Below, one piece after another: positions 31,816 to 40,833 of a stretch of 64,000 nt of DNA. Position 1 is the stretch's first letter, and every line of letters begins with the position of its first letter. Both the position numbers and the translations under genes were made by a program. The notes beneath the pieces are model-generated. The model saw nothing but the letters and a program-made list of their open reading frames with translations. It was not told the origin of the DNA and did no database searches. Location: the NCBI GenBank assembly GCA_017857175.1, contig JAFMDS010000001.1:55088-119087 (forward strand), read 5' to 3'. This DNA comes from Candidatus Nanopelagicales bacterium. GTDB taxonomy: Bacteria; Actinomycetota; Actinomycetes; S36-B12.

Positions 31816-32471
31816 GTTTTGAGGTAATCAGGCACGGGGGTTCCGCTCGGTACATATTGATCTGGGATGGGGATTCCCAATTGTTCGGTGATGGGCACGA
31901 CTCCAGCCCATAGGGATGATCCTTCAGTGGATGTCAAGTCCTGATCCAGATCGTCAGGAGGACCTTCGCTCACTTTCACGGACCATCGATCGAGCTTGAG
32001 CTCGAGAGTCATGGTGGCTTTAAGTTCTTGAGACGTTGGCTGACGTGCATGGTTCCAGCGACCAGGCATGAGGTGTTCGGTGATGATTCGTAAGCCCTCG
32101 ATTTCGTCATCACCCTCGAGACGGTGTGTGATACCAAACGCCATCACACACCGATAATTCATGCTTGACTCGAACAAACTGCGCGCAAGAACAAGACCAT
32201 CGAGCAAAGTGACCGTGACGCTTGCAGGCGCTCCGCTGTCCAATAGTTTGAAAAGCCGCGAAGCCGATGATCCATGAATGAGCAGTCTATTTCCGTCTCG
32301 GGCATAGCCCACAGGCACAACGATTGGTTGATTCCCGTCTACGACTCCAACGTGAGCCACGATGCCGGCATCAAGAATGCTGAACATCGTGGTGGCGTCG
32401 GTCCGCACTTTATCCGGCAGACGTTTAACTTGCGTAAACGAGTCAGCCGTAGCCTTTGTTTCGCGAATCAT
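31800..32471 (-). CDS. pyridoxamine 5'-phosphate oxidase-like flavin-binding split-barrel protein
   Basis: 223 aa. The size and pattern (ILDAGIVAHVGVV.DGQPIVVPVGYARDGNRLLIHGS...) resemble the PNPOx-like/COG3467 family. Family assignment is by eye only. Confidence 0.5.
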   Translation of the reverse strand: MIRETKATADSFTQVKRLPDKVRTDATTMFSILDAGIVAHVGVVDGNQPIVVPVGYARDGNRLLIHGSSASRLFKLLDSGAPASVTVTLLDGLVLARSLFESSMNYRCVMAFGITHRLEGDDEIEGLRIITEHLMPGRWNHARQPTSQELKATMTLELKLDRWSVKVSEGPPDDLDQDLTSTEGSSLWAGVVPITEQLGIPIPDQYVPSGTPVPDYLKTWGRN

Positions 32472-32480
32472 TGCTATGCG

Positions 32481-33893
32481 TCAGAGGATTTCAAGGGCAC
32501 TGGTCAGCACTGAACGCAGTTTCTGCTCGATTTCATCAAACTCTGGCTGACCGATTATGAGCGGTGGCGCCAATTGAATGACAGGGTCGCCGCGGTCATC
32601 GGCACGGCAATAAAGACCGCTGTCGAATAGAGCTTTGGACAGGAATCCACGCAGGAGTCTTTCGGCTTCCTCGCCGCTAAAGGTCTCTTTGGTTTTCTTG
32701 TCTTTGACCAGTTCGATTCCATAGAAGTAGCCGGCGCCGCGTACATCACCCACAATGGGAAGGTCAGTTAGTTTCTCAAGGGTGCGACGGAAGTTTCCTT
32801 CATTGTTTTGGACGTTTTCATTGAGGCCTTCGCGCTCGAAAATGTCCAGGTTTGCCATAGCGACGGCGGCTGAAACAGGATGCCCGCCCCACGTGTAACC
32901 ATGGAGAAATGAGGTTGTGCCGTTTTTGAATGGCTCAAAGAGTCGATCACTTGCGATCATCGCGCCCAAGGGGGAGTATCCGGATGTCATTCCTTTGGCG
33001 CAGGTAATAATGTCTGGGGTTATGCCAAAACGGTTAACCGCAAAGTAATCGCCGATCCGACCAAAAGCGGTAATGGTTTCGTCAGCGACCATGAGGACGT
33101 CATATTCGTCGCAGATTTCGCGCACTCTTTCCAGATAACCGGGGGGAGGCGGAAAGCACCCACCAGAGTTTTGCACTGGTTCGACGAATACGGCGGCAAC
33201 GCTGTCAGGGCCTTCGAACTCGATTGCCTCAGCGATTCTATTGGCTGCCCAGAGTCCAAAAGCTTTTTCATCGCCCTGAAATTCCTCGGGAGCACGGTAA
33301 TAGTTCGTGTTAGGAACCTTTACGCCACCGGGAACGAGTGGTTCAAATGGAATCTTGGCATCAGGGATGCCCGTAATGCTCAACGCGCCCTGTGGGGTTC
33401 CGTGATAAGCAACCGCCCGGCTTATTACTTTGTGCTTAGTGCCTTTGCCCGTCAGCTTGAAAAATTGCTTGGCCAGTTTCCAAGCGGTTTCAACGGCTTC
33501 ACCGCCACCGGTGGTGAAGAAGACGCGGTTAAGGTCTCCGGGTGCCATGTGCGCCAGGCGCTCGGCAAGAAGAATGGCCTGGGGGTGTGCGTAAGACCAG
33601 ATGGGGAAAAACGCAAGTTCCTTCGCTTGCTTGGCCGCAGCATCAGCTAATTCATGCCGCCCATGACCGGCTTGCACGGTAAAAAGTCCGGAGAGCCCAT
33701 CAAAATATTTGTTACCTTGATCATCCCAAACGTAGGCACCCTCGCCTTTGGTGATGATGGGCACGTGATGGCCTTCAAAGTATGTTGAATGGCGCGTGAA
33801 GTGCATCCATAGATGGTCACGAGCCTTGTCAGCAAGGGCATCGGATCCGGATTCTGTTACGTATTGCGGAGTGGTTGTCATTTGGTTCCCCAT
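32481..33893 (-). CDS. class-III (omega) aminotransferase, putrescine/beta-alanine:pyruvate type
   Basis: 470 aa. FFTTGGGEAVETAWK, VADETITAFGRIG, PLP lysine in CAKGMTSGY. Confidence 0.88.
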   Translation of the reverse strand: MGNQMTTTPQYVTESGSDALADKARDHLWMHFTRHSTYFEGHHVPIITKGEGAYVWDDQGNKYFDGLSGLFTVQAGHGRHELADAAAKQAKELAFFPIWSYAHPQAILLAERLAHMAPGDLNRVFFTTGGGEAVETAWKLAKQFFKLTGKGTKHKVISRAVAYHGTPQGALSITGIPDAKIPFEPLVPGGVKVPNTNYYRAPEEFQGDEKAFGLWAANRIAEAIEFEGPDSVAAVFVEPVQNSGGCFPPPPGYLERVREICDEYDVLMVADETITAFGRIGDYFAVNRFGITPDIITCAKGMTSGYSPLGAMIASDRLFEPFKNGTTSFLHGYTWGGHPVSAAVAMANLDIFEREGLNENVQNNEGNFRRTLEKLTDLPIVGDVRGAGYFYGIELVKDKKTKETFSGEEAERLLRGFLSKALFDSGLYCRADDRGDPVIQLAPPLIIGQPEFDEIEQKLRSVLTSALEIL

Positions 33894-34348
33894 GTGTAGG
33901 TTTGTTTTCGGAGTTTGAGATAGACGAAAGTTTCTGTCGAGGCGACCCCTGGAATAGATCTCACTTGAGTGTTGGTCAGGTGCAGAAGCTGTTCATCGTC
34001 AATGGTTACGCATTCGGCCAAAATGTCGTATTTACCTGCAACCACGACGAGATAATCGATTTCAGGGAGTTTCTCTAATTCTTGGGCTACCGCCTCCACA
34101 TCGCCGTGAACTGTTATTGCGATCATTGCTGACCGGTTAAATCCCACCTGGGCAGGATCGGTGACCGCCACAATTTGCATGACACCTGTGTCGTACATTT
34201 TTTGAACACGTTGGCGCACCGCTGCTTCAGAGAGCCCCACAGCTTTACCGATGGTTGCGTAGGGCCGACGGCCATCCTGTTGCAGCTGTTCGATGATGGC
34301 TTTTGAGGCATCGTCAAGCTGCGGAGCGTTGCGGGGACGTGGGGCCAT
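33878..34348 (-). CDS. Lrp/AsnC-family transcriptional regulator
   Basis: 156 aa. HTH YATIGKAVGLSEAAVRQRV plus a C-terminal RAM/AsnC ligand domain. 16-nt overlap with the aminotransferase start. Confidence 0.9.
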   Translation of the reverse strand: MAPRPRNAPQLDDASKAIIEQLQQDGRRPYATIGKAVGLSEAAVRQRVQKMYDTGVMQIVAVTDPAQVGFNRSAMIAITVHGDVEAVAQELEKLPEIDYLVVVAGKYDILAECVTIDDEQLLHLTNTQVRSIPGVASTETFVYLKLRKQTYTWGTK

Positions 34349-34505
34349 ATATACATAATGACCTGATAAATCGCTTAAAGCAAGTGAATCCGCAATAAAT
34401 CATGGTTTTAACCACGAAAAGTTAAGTATTTTATGCAAAAGGATACCGAAAGCGTGAAACCGAAGGTAGGCTTTGGCTACGCAATTCGTGACTCTTGGAG
34501 GAACA

Positions 34506-35948
34506 ATGACTAGAACTTTACAAAACTTTGTTGGCGGAAAATTCGTTGAGACCCGAGAGGGCCAGTCCAGCGAATTGGTGAACCCAACCACGGGCGAGGT
34601 TTTTGCGTCAGCTCCCGTCTCAGGCGAAAACGACATTGACGCGGCCTATCAGATTGCTGCCACCGCATTCGAATCATGGAAAAACACCACTCCATCAGAG
34701 CGCCAGCAGGCATTGCTCAAGATTGCTCAAACTTTTGAGGATCATGCTGAAGAGCTTGTGGCTGTCGAAAGTGAGAACACCGGTAAGCCAATTCAGGTCA
34801 CCATGGATGAGGAAATTCCGCCCATGATCGATCAGATTCGGTTTTTTGCCGGAGCGGCGCGAGTGCTCGAAGGACGCGCTGCGGGTGAGTACATGACCGG
34901 GTTTACGTCAATGATTCGCCGCGAGCCAATCGGGGTTATTGGCCAGGTAACGCCCTGGAACTATCCCATGATGATGGCTGTCTGGAAGTACATCCCGGCC
35001 ATTGCTGCTGGAAATACCGTGGTGCTCAAGCCCAGCGATACAACTCCGGCCTCAACTCTGAAAATGGCCCAATTGATCGCTGACTCAGGTGCTCTACCTC
35101 CTGGTGTTTTCAATGTCGTTTGTGGTGACCGGAATACAGGTAAAGCACTCGTCGAACACAAGACGCCTCAAATGGTGTCCATTACTGGCTCGGTCCGCGC
35201 GGGTATTCAGGTAGCCCAGTCGGCAGCTCTGGACGTGAAGCGCGTTCATTTGGAACTGGGGGGTAAAGCTCCTGTAGTGGTTTTTGATGATGCGGATATT
35301 GCTGCTGCTGCGGAATGGCTTGCTGTCGCTGGCTTTTTCAATGCGGGTCAGGATTGCACCGCTGCAACTCGCATGCTGGTTGCCCCTGCAATCTATGACG
35401 ACTTCGTCGCGGCCATGGCCGAACAAGCGGCTGGTACGTCCACCACTTTTGTCGATGGTCCCACGGGTGATGGACTAGTTCCTCCCATGAATAACGTGAA
35501 TCAAATGAATCAGGTACTCGGCTTTCTCGATCGAGCCCCGAAGCATGCCCAAATTGTTGCAGGTGGTGCCCGACAAGGCGATAAAGGTTTCTACATTTCA
35601 CCAACAGTTGTCGCGGGCTTAAAGCAAGAAGATGAAATGATTCAGAACGAAATTTTTGGGCCAGTTATAACTATCCAGAAATTCGACGATGAAGCCCAAG
35701 CCTTGCAGTATGCAAACGGGGTGAATTATGGGTTGGCGTCATCAGTATGGACAAAGGACTTTGGTCGCGCCATGCGCATGGCAAAGGCTCTCGACTTTGG
35801 TTGTGTCTGGATCAACACGCACATTCCATTGGTCGCTGAAATGCCGCACGGTGGATTCAAACATTCAGGCTATGGCAAGGACTTGTCCATGTATGGTTTT
35901 GAGGACTACACCCGAATCAAGCATGTCATGGCAAATATTGATTCATAG
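34506..35948 (+). CDS. NAD(P)-dependent aminoaldehyde dehydrogenase (gamma-aminobutyraldehyde dehydrogenase-like)
   Basis: VTPWNYPMMMAVWK, VLKPSDTTP, ELGGKAP, catalytic Cys GQDCTAATR. ATG 34506 follows GGAGG. Divergent from the Lrp gene. Confidence 0.88.
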   Translation: MTRTLQNFVGGKFVETREGQSSELVNPTTGEVFASAPVSGENDIDAAYQIAATAFESWKNTTPSERQQALLKIAQTFEDHAEELVAVESENTGKPIQVTMDEEIPPMIDQIRFFAGAARVLEGRAAGEYMTGFTSMIRREPIGVIGQVTPWNYPMMMAVWKYIPAIAAGNTVVLKPSDTTPASTLKMAQLIADSGALPPGVFNVVCGDRNTGKALVEHKTPQMVSITGSVRAGIQVAQSAALDVKRVHLELGGKAPVVVFDDADIAAAAEWLAVAGFFNAGQDCTAATRMLVAPAIYDDFVAAMAEQAAGTSTTFVDGPTGDGLVPPMNNVNQMNQVLGFLDRAPKHAQIVAGGARQGDKGFYISPTVVAGLKQEDEMIQNEIFGPVITIQKFDDEAQALQYANGVNYGLASSVWTKDFGRAMRMAKALDFGCVWINTHIPLVAEMPHGGFKHSGYGKDLSMYGFEDYTRIKHVMANIDS

Positions 35949-35966
35949 ATTTTCGAGTTGCAAGCA

Positions 35967-35998
35967 TGAGGGGCGGTGCCAATTGGCGCCGCCCCTCA
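35967..35998. terminator. bidirectional GC-rich terminator hairpin between convergent genes
   Basis: tgaggggcggtgcc-aatt-ggcgccgcccctca: a 14-bp stem (one G-U pair) with a 4-nt loop, 19 nt after the ALDH stop and 21 nt after the SBP stop. Confidence 0.7.
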
Positions 35999-36018
35999 CT
36001 TGATCTATCGCGTTATTA

Positions 36019-37236
36019 CTAGCTGCCACCCTCATTGAGTGTGACCGTTAGTGGTGCGAATCCATCACCGGTGACATTGAGCCCCTCAGCCTCGAGTGCA
36101 GCGTCGGCTGCCTCCGCGTACTGATTTGTATAGGCCTCAGCGTCTGGCGCGCTTGAGATGATCGCCACACCTTCAAGGTTCTTGGTGTTTGTTGCCACGG
36201 CAACCGTCTGATCCCAGAGCGCAGGATCGGTGACGCCAACACCTGCGGGTGATGGCCACACCAGCTTGTTTACTTCGTTCATCATCCACAACTGGTGGCT
36301 TGCGCCAAGCATGGATCCATTGGCCGTGATGATGTCAGCACATTCCTGTGCGTTATCGCGGCAGTAAATCCAGCCCTTGAGAGATGCGGTGACAAAGCGC
36401 TGTGTCTGATCTTGGTAAGCAGAGTCAGACAAACGCTCCTGTGATGCCCAGATTGCGTCTTGGTACATGGCCACACCAAAATCATTCCAGTTCAATACAT
36501 TGAAATCGGCTGGCTGGTAAAGCTCACCGGTGTCGGGGTTGACTGCTTCAAGTACCATTGCGTACTCGTTGTAGGTCATGGCCTGTGCTGCATCAATCTC
36601 ACGGTTGAGCAGTGCCTGCATGTCAAATTGCTGTTGCACCATTTCCATATCGCCCGTTGGGGTCAAACCAGCGGCATCAATTGCGGCGAGGAGTTCATAT
36701 TCATTGCCGAATCCCCAGTTGCCGACCTTCTTGCCAGCTAGGTCTGCTGGAGTGCTGATACCTGAATCAGCCCACGAAACCTGAAGGGTTCCGGAGCGCT
36801 GGTATACCTGAGCAACATTGGTGATCATCGCGCCCTGTTCGCGCGATGACAGTGCCTTGGGAACCCACGCAATTGCGTAGTCGGCTCCACCTTGTGCAAG
36901 AACTGTCTGAGGAACGATGTCGAGGCCACCTTCGAGGAGTGTGACGTCGAGACATTGCTCTTCATAGAAGCCCTTGTCTTTGGCCGCGTAGTAGCCGCCG
37001 AATTGGGCCTGCACGAACCACTGCAGTTGCAGACTCACGGGTGTGAGTTCCGTGCACTCGCCTGTTCCTGCAGCGTCTGTTGCTGTTTCTTCTGCCGCAC
37101 TTTCCTCTGTGGTTGCCGTGGCATCAGCCGCAGTGTCAGTGGTGTCTGAACTGCTGCTGCACGCTGACAGAGCAAGCGCAACGACAGTTGCAACGCCGGC
37201 TATTTTGGCGATGCGACTATGTGCTTTTGCGCGCAT
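36019..37236 (-). CDS. ABC transporter substrate-binding lipoprotein, NMT1/THI5-like (NitT/TauT family)
   Basis: 405 aa. Lipobox ALALSAC, Ser/Thr/Ala/Glu-rich linker, then a periplasmic-binding fold. Last gene of the 8-gene operon. Confidence 0.8.
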   Translation of the reverse strand: MRAKAHSRIAKIAGVATVVALALSACSSSSDTTDTAADATATTEESAAEETATDAAGTGECTELTPVSLQLQWFVQAQFGGYYAAKDKGFYEEQCLDVTLLEGGLDIVPQTVLAQGGADYAIAWVPKALSSREQGAMITNVAQVYQRSGTLQVSWADSGISTPADLAGKKVGNWGFGNEYELLAAIDAAGLTPTGDMEMVQQQFDMQALLNREIDAAQAMTYNEYAMVLEAVNPDTGELYQPADFNVLNWNDFGVAMYQDAIWASQERLSDSAYQDQTQRFVTASLKGWIYCRDNAQECADIITANGSMLGASHQLWMMNEVNKLVWPSPAGVGVTDPALWDQTVAVATNTKNLEGVAIISSAPDAEAYTNQYAEAADAALEAEGLNVTGDGFAPLTVTLNEGGS

Positions 37237-37255
37237 TGTTCCTCCTTGTTATGTG

Positions 37256-38056
37256 TCAGGTCGACCGGGTTCGACCTGTCCAGGGTGTTGTCCACTTTTC
37301 AACAGCCACTACCACGAGGTAGAAGATCAGGCCGGTGATGATGGATGCCACGACGTATGCCCACGCTCGACCATATGCCGTGTTAGCTGCCGCACTTGCG
37401 ATGCGAGAGCCAAGTCCTTCTTGGGGGCCGCCAAAATACTCAGCGACCAATGCAGCAATGACCGCCAATGGCGCAGCCACTTTGAGTCCGGTGAAGAAAA
37501 ATGGAATTGCATTCGGAATACGTAGCACCTTGAGTGTGGTTCTCGGGTGCGCATTCATTGAGCGCATAAGTTCGAGTTGAACAGGCTTAACCTGAAGCAA
37601 ACCGCGCGTCACGTTCACGAACATGGGGAACAGAACGATGATCATGGTGACGAGAACCCGCGGGGTGCGGCTGGTGATGTTGAACATGTTGTTCAAAATA
37701 GGTGTCAAAGCAATGATTGGCACAGCCGCGAGGCCTGCAGCGAGCGGTGTCACCAAATGGTTGACGACGATGAAGCGTGATGCGAGTAGCGCCATGACCA
37801 ACCCAAGAACTGTTCCAAGTACAAGTCCAAGGAATGCTGTTGTCCCCGTGTAAAACGCTGCTGCCCACATGAGGGATAAGTCTGTGAAAAAATTAGTCAC
37901 GATCAGACTAGGCGCAGGGAGCAAATACGGCTGGATATCTCTGGCAACTACAAATATTTGCCAAGCAGCCAAGAAGAGGACTGCAATTAAAATAGGGGGC
38001 CAAATTCCGCTGAACCGGCCTGTCCTGCGTGATTGCGCAGCTGTTTGTGTAGACAT
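37256..38056 (-). CDS. ABC transporter permease (NitT/TauT family)
   Basis: 266 aa, 6 TM helices, binding-protein-dependent transport inner-membrane component pattern. Confidence 0.85.
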   Translation of the reverse strand: MSTQTAAQSRRTGRFSGIWPPILIAVLFLAAWQIFVVARDIQPYLLPAPSLIVTNFFTDLSLMWAAAFYTGTTAFLGLVLGTVLGLVMALLASRFIVVNHLVTPLAAGLAAVPIIALTPILNNMFNITSRTPRVLVTMIIVLFPMFVNVTRGLLQVKPVQLELMRSMNAHPRTTLKVLRIPNAIPFFFTGLKVAAPLAVIAALVAEYFGGPQEGLGSRIASAAANTAYGRAWAYVVASIITGLIFYLVVVAVEKWTTPWTGRTRST

Positions 38057-38874
38057 TAGAGTTCTTCAATCCGTGGCGGACTCGCTGAGGCGGAGCGCCC
38101 GCGCAGGGCTTCACGCACGGCAGTGACTCCAGCGTAAAAAGTATCTGTTTCGCGGGTGTCTTCATTGCGCTCACCGAGTTCGATGGGGACCGTATGTGTA
38201 ATGCGGCCGGGCCGTGGTGACATCACGATAACTCGGTCTGAGAGATACACGGCTTCAGGGATTGAGTGTGTGACAAAAATAATTGTCTTCCCCGTCTCCT
38301 GACAAATTCGGAGAAGTTCGTTTTGCATGCGCTCACGAGTCATTTCATCGAGTGCACCGAATGGTTCATCCATGAGAAGGAGTGGGGGATCAACGGCAAG
38401 TGACCGTGCAATGGCTACACGCTGTTGCATTCCACCGGAAAGCTCCCAAGGTCGGTGTTCGGCAAAATCGCTCAATTGCACAAGTTCTAGGAGTTCCAAT
38501 GCACGCTCACGCCGTTCCTTCTTGCCAAGTCCCTGCAGTTCAAGTGGCAACTCCACATTGCGACGCACCGTACGCCAATCAAAAAGGGCCGCCTGCTGGA
38601 ATGCGATTCCATACAGTTGCTTCTCGCGAGCGACAGGTGCCGTTTCACCAGCGATGAATACTTCACCACGCGTTGCACCCGTCAGATCACCGATAACACG
38701 GAGCAGGGTGCTCTTTCCACAGCCGGAGGGTCCAATAAGTGAGATGAATTCTCCGGGCTTAACGCTCAGATTGATATCTGACAGCGCGGTAACCTCGTTA
38801 TTGGAGCCTTCATTGAAAATCTTCCAGAGGCCTTGGACGTCCACGGCCTGATGTGATGTCTGAACACTGCTCAT
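38056..38874 (-). CDS. ABC transporter ATP-binding protein (NitT/TauT family)
   Basis: GPSGCGKSTLL, LSGGMQQRVAIARSL, LLMDEPFGALD. Confidence 0.93.
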   Translation of the reverse strand: MSSVQTSHQAVDVQGLWKIFNEGSNNEVTALSDINLSVKPGEFISLIGPSGCGKSTLLRVIGDLTGATRGEVFIAGETAPVAREKQLYGIAFQQAALFDWRTVRRNVELPLELQGLGKKERRERALELLELVQLSDFAEHRPWELSGGMQQRVAIARSLAVDPPLLLMDEPFGALDEMTRERMQNELLRICQETGKTIIFVTHSIPEAVYLSDRVIVMSPRPGRITHTVPIELGERNEDTRETDTFYAGVTAVREALRGRSASASPPRIEEL

Positions 38875-39767
38875 GCTTGTGACTCCTTGGGCAGATTGCG
38901 GGTCAGGTACAGGTCGAGAGCTGAAACTAGGGCAGCGGCTGCCAGCCCCAAAGCGATAGCTCCGAAGACTGCAACATAGACCTTTGCAGGTTGCGATGTT
39001 GTTTCTCGCGCATATTCAATGAGTAAACGACCCACGCCACCTTTAACGCCGGTCGAAATCTCCGCGACGACGGTGCCAACAACGGCCGCTGCGGCAGAAA
39101 CTTTGAGAGCCGGCACTAGATAGGGCACCGATGATGGGAAGCGAAGTTTCCATAGCATTTGGTTAGGGCGAGCGGCATATGAGCGCATAAGTTCTAGCGA
39201 TGTCGCACTGGGCGCTTGTAATCCACGCAAGGCTCCAACAGACAGAGGGAAGAACGCGAGGTATGCGGCGATGAACATAACGGAATACGTTGTGGTCCAC
39301 TCGATAGGTCCGAATGAAATCCGATTTCCAAGCCCAACGATGAGTGGTGCGAGGGCAATGAGGGGAACCGTCTGCGAGGCAATGACAAATGGCAGCAGTC
39401 CACGTTCAAAAAACGCGAACCGCTGCATGATGACCGCAAGAACAATTCCAAACGTGACTCCAATGGTAAATCCACCGAGAGCAATTTTGAGAGATGTCAA
39501 GGTCGCCGAAACGACAGCCTGGAGAACCGTTGTATCGGAACCACGAACCACCGGATTGCTAAATGCGTCCACCATGGTCCAAACATGCGGCATCGATGTA
39601 TCGGAAGTGTTGATCGGTAACTCGATGAAAGAACCCAGAAATTTAACGGCCTCCCACATGAGAACCACGAGGACCACACCAGCGAGTGCCCACAGAATGG
39701 AGATCACTCCACGCTGCACCCGCGTGCGCGTGGCACCGCGTTGTTTACCGCTAACAGGCTCGCTCAC
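38871..39767 (-). CDS. ABC transporter permease (NitT/TauT family), second subunit
   Basis: 298 aa, multi-TM. 4-nt overlap with the ATPase gene. Confidence 0.85.
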   Translation of the reverse strand: MSEPVSGKQRGATRTRVQRGVISILWALAGVVLVVLMWEAVKFLGSFIELPINTSDTSMPHVWTMVDAFSNPVVRGSDTTVLQAVVSATLTSLKIALGGFTIGVTFGIVLAVIMQRFAFFERGLLPFVIASQTVPLIALAPLIVGLGNRISFGPIEWTTTYSVMFIAAYLAFFPLSVGALRGLQAPSATSLELMRSYAARPNQMLWKLRFPSSVPYLVPALKVSAAAAVVGTVVAEISTGVKGGVGRLLIEYARETTSQPAKVYVAVFGAIALGLAAAALVSALDLYLTRNLPKESQA

Positions 39768-39770
39768 GAA

Positions 39771-40790
39771 TTACTCTTTCGCTAGCACTACGTCTGAGAT
39801 TGCCGGAATAATTTTCTCGCCGTACTGCGCGAGAGTGTGATCCTTGTCGTCGTGCTGCAAATAGAGCGCGAACTGATCCACACCCAATGCTTTGAGTTCT
39901 TCTAAACGGCGAATATGTTCTTCGGGAGGCCCAATGATGCAGAACCTGTCAATGATTTCGTCGGGGACAAAGTCTGTGTGAGTGTTGCCCGATTGACCAT
40001 GTTGGTTGTAGTCATATCCTTGGCGGTTCTTGATGTAATCGGTTAAAGCCTGCGGCACTGCACCACCATTGTCCCCGTAGCGCTCGACAATGTCTGCCAC
40101 ATGGTTTCCGACCATGCCACCGAACCAACGCAATTGATCCCGTGCGTGGGCGTGGTCCTCGGTGACGTATGCCGGAGCCGCAACGCATATGTAGATTGAT
40201 TCAGGATCCCTGCCTGCCGCTGCGGCTGCATCCTTGACCGCCTTAATTGTCCATTCAGCTATTGAAGGGTCAGCAAGCTGCAAAATGAATCCGTCGCCCA
40301 CCTCACCCGTGAGTGCTAGAACCTTGGGGCCATAGGCGGCAACCATGACATCGGTTCGACTCTCGCCGGCCCAAGGAAGTCGGATGTTGTTGCCCTTGTA
40401 CTCAACCGACTCGCCATTAACCAAACCTTTGAGCTCGAGCACGGACTGCCGCAATTCGCCGACGGTGACAGGTTTGCCGTTGGTGACCCTGACAGCTGAG
40501 TCTCCGCGTCCAATTCCAATCACTGTTCGGTTTCCGTACATCTCATTGAGTGTTGCAAAAACCGACGCGGTCACGGTGATGTCTCGTGTTGCGGGATTGG
40601 TCACCATGGGACCGATCTTGATTTTGCGGGTTTCATCGAGGATCTTGCTGTAAATCACGTAGGGCTCTTCCCACAAAATATGTGAGTCAAATGTCCACAC
40701 GTAACTAAAGCCAAAGGTCTCTGCGCGTCGAGCAAGGTCGACTACCCGTGCTGCTGGTGGTGTGCATTGAAGTACTACGCCGATATCCAT
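39771..40790 (-). CDS. luciferase-like (LLM) flavin/deazaflavin-dependent oxidoreductase, Mer-like subfamily
   Basis: 339 aa TIM-barrel LLM pattern: FGFSYVWTFDSH, GPMVTNPATRD, IGIGRGDS, AAYGPKVLALTGEVGDGFILQ. Overall resemblance to methylene-H4MPT reductase-type F420 enzymes, judged by eye. Confidence 0.75.
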   Translation of the reverse strand: MDIGVVLQCTPPAARVVDLARRAETFGFSYVWTFDSHILWEEPYVIYSKILDETRKIKIGPMVTNPATRDITVTASVFATLNEMYGNRTVIGIGRGDSAVRVTNGKPVTVGELRQSVLELKGLVNGESVEYKGNNIRLPWAGESRTDVMVAAYGPKVLALTGEVGDGFILQLADPSIAEWTIKAVKDAAAAAGRDPESIYICVAAPAYVTEDHAHARDQLRWFGGMVGNHVADIVERYGDNGGAVPQALTDYIKNRQGYDYNQHGQSGNTHTDFVPDEIIDRFCIIGPPEEHIRRLEELKALGVDQFALYLQHDDKDHTLAQYGEKIIPAISDVVLAKE

Positions 40791-40833
40791 CGTGATCCTC
40801 CTATTGATTCAGGGTCGTGAACTATTCGAGTTT

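Noticed and set aside
38327-39840. Plus-strand ORFs of 174 aa (38327-38851) and 189 aa (39271-39840) inside the ABC transporter genes
   Set aside because: They are antisense to an ATPase with complete Walker/signature motifs and to a multi-TM permease. The translations are Ser/Arg/Pro-rich shadow frames.
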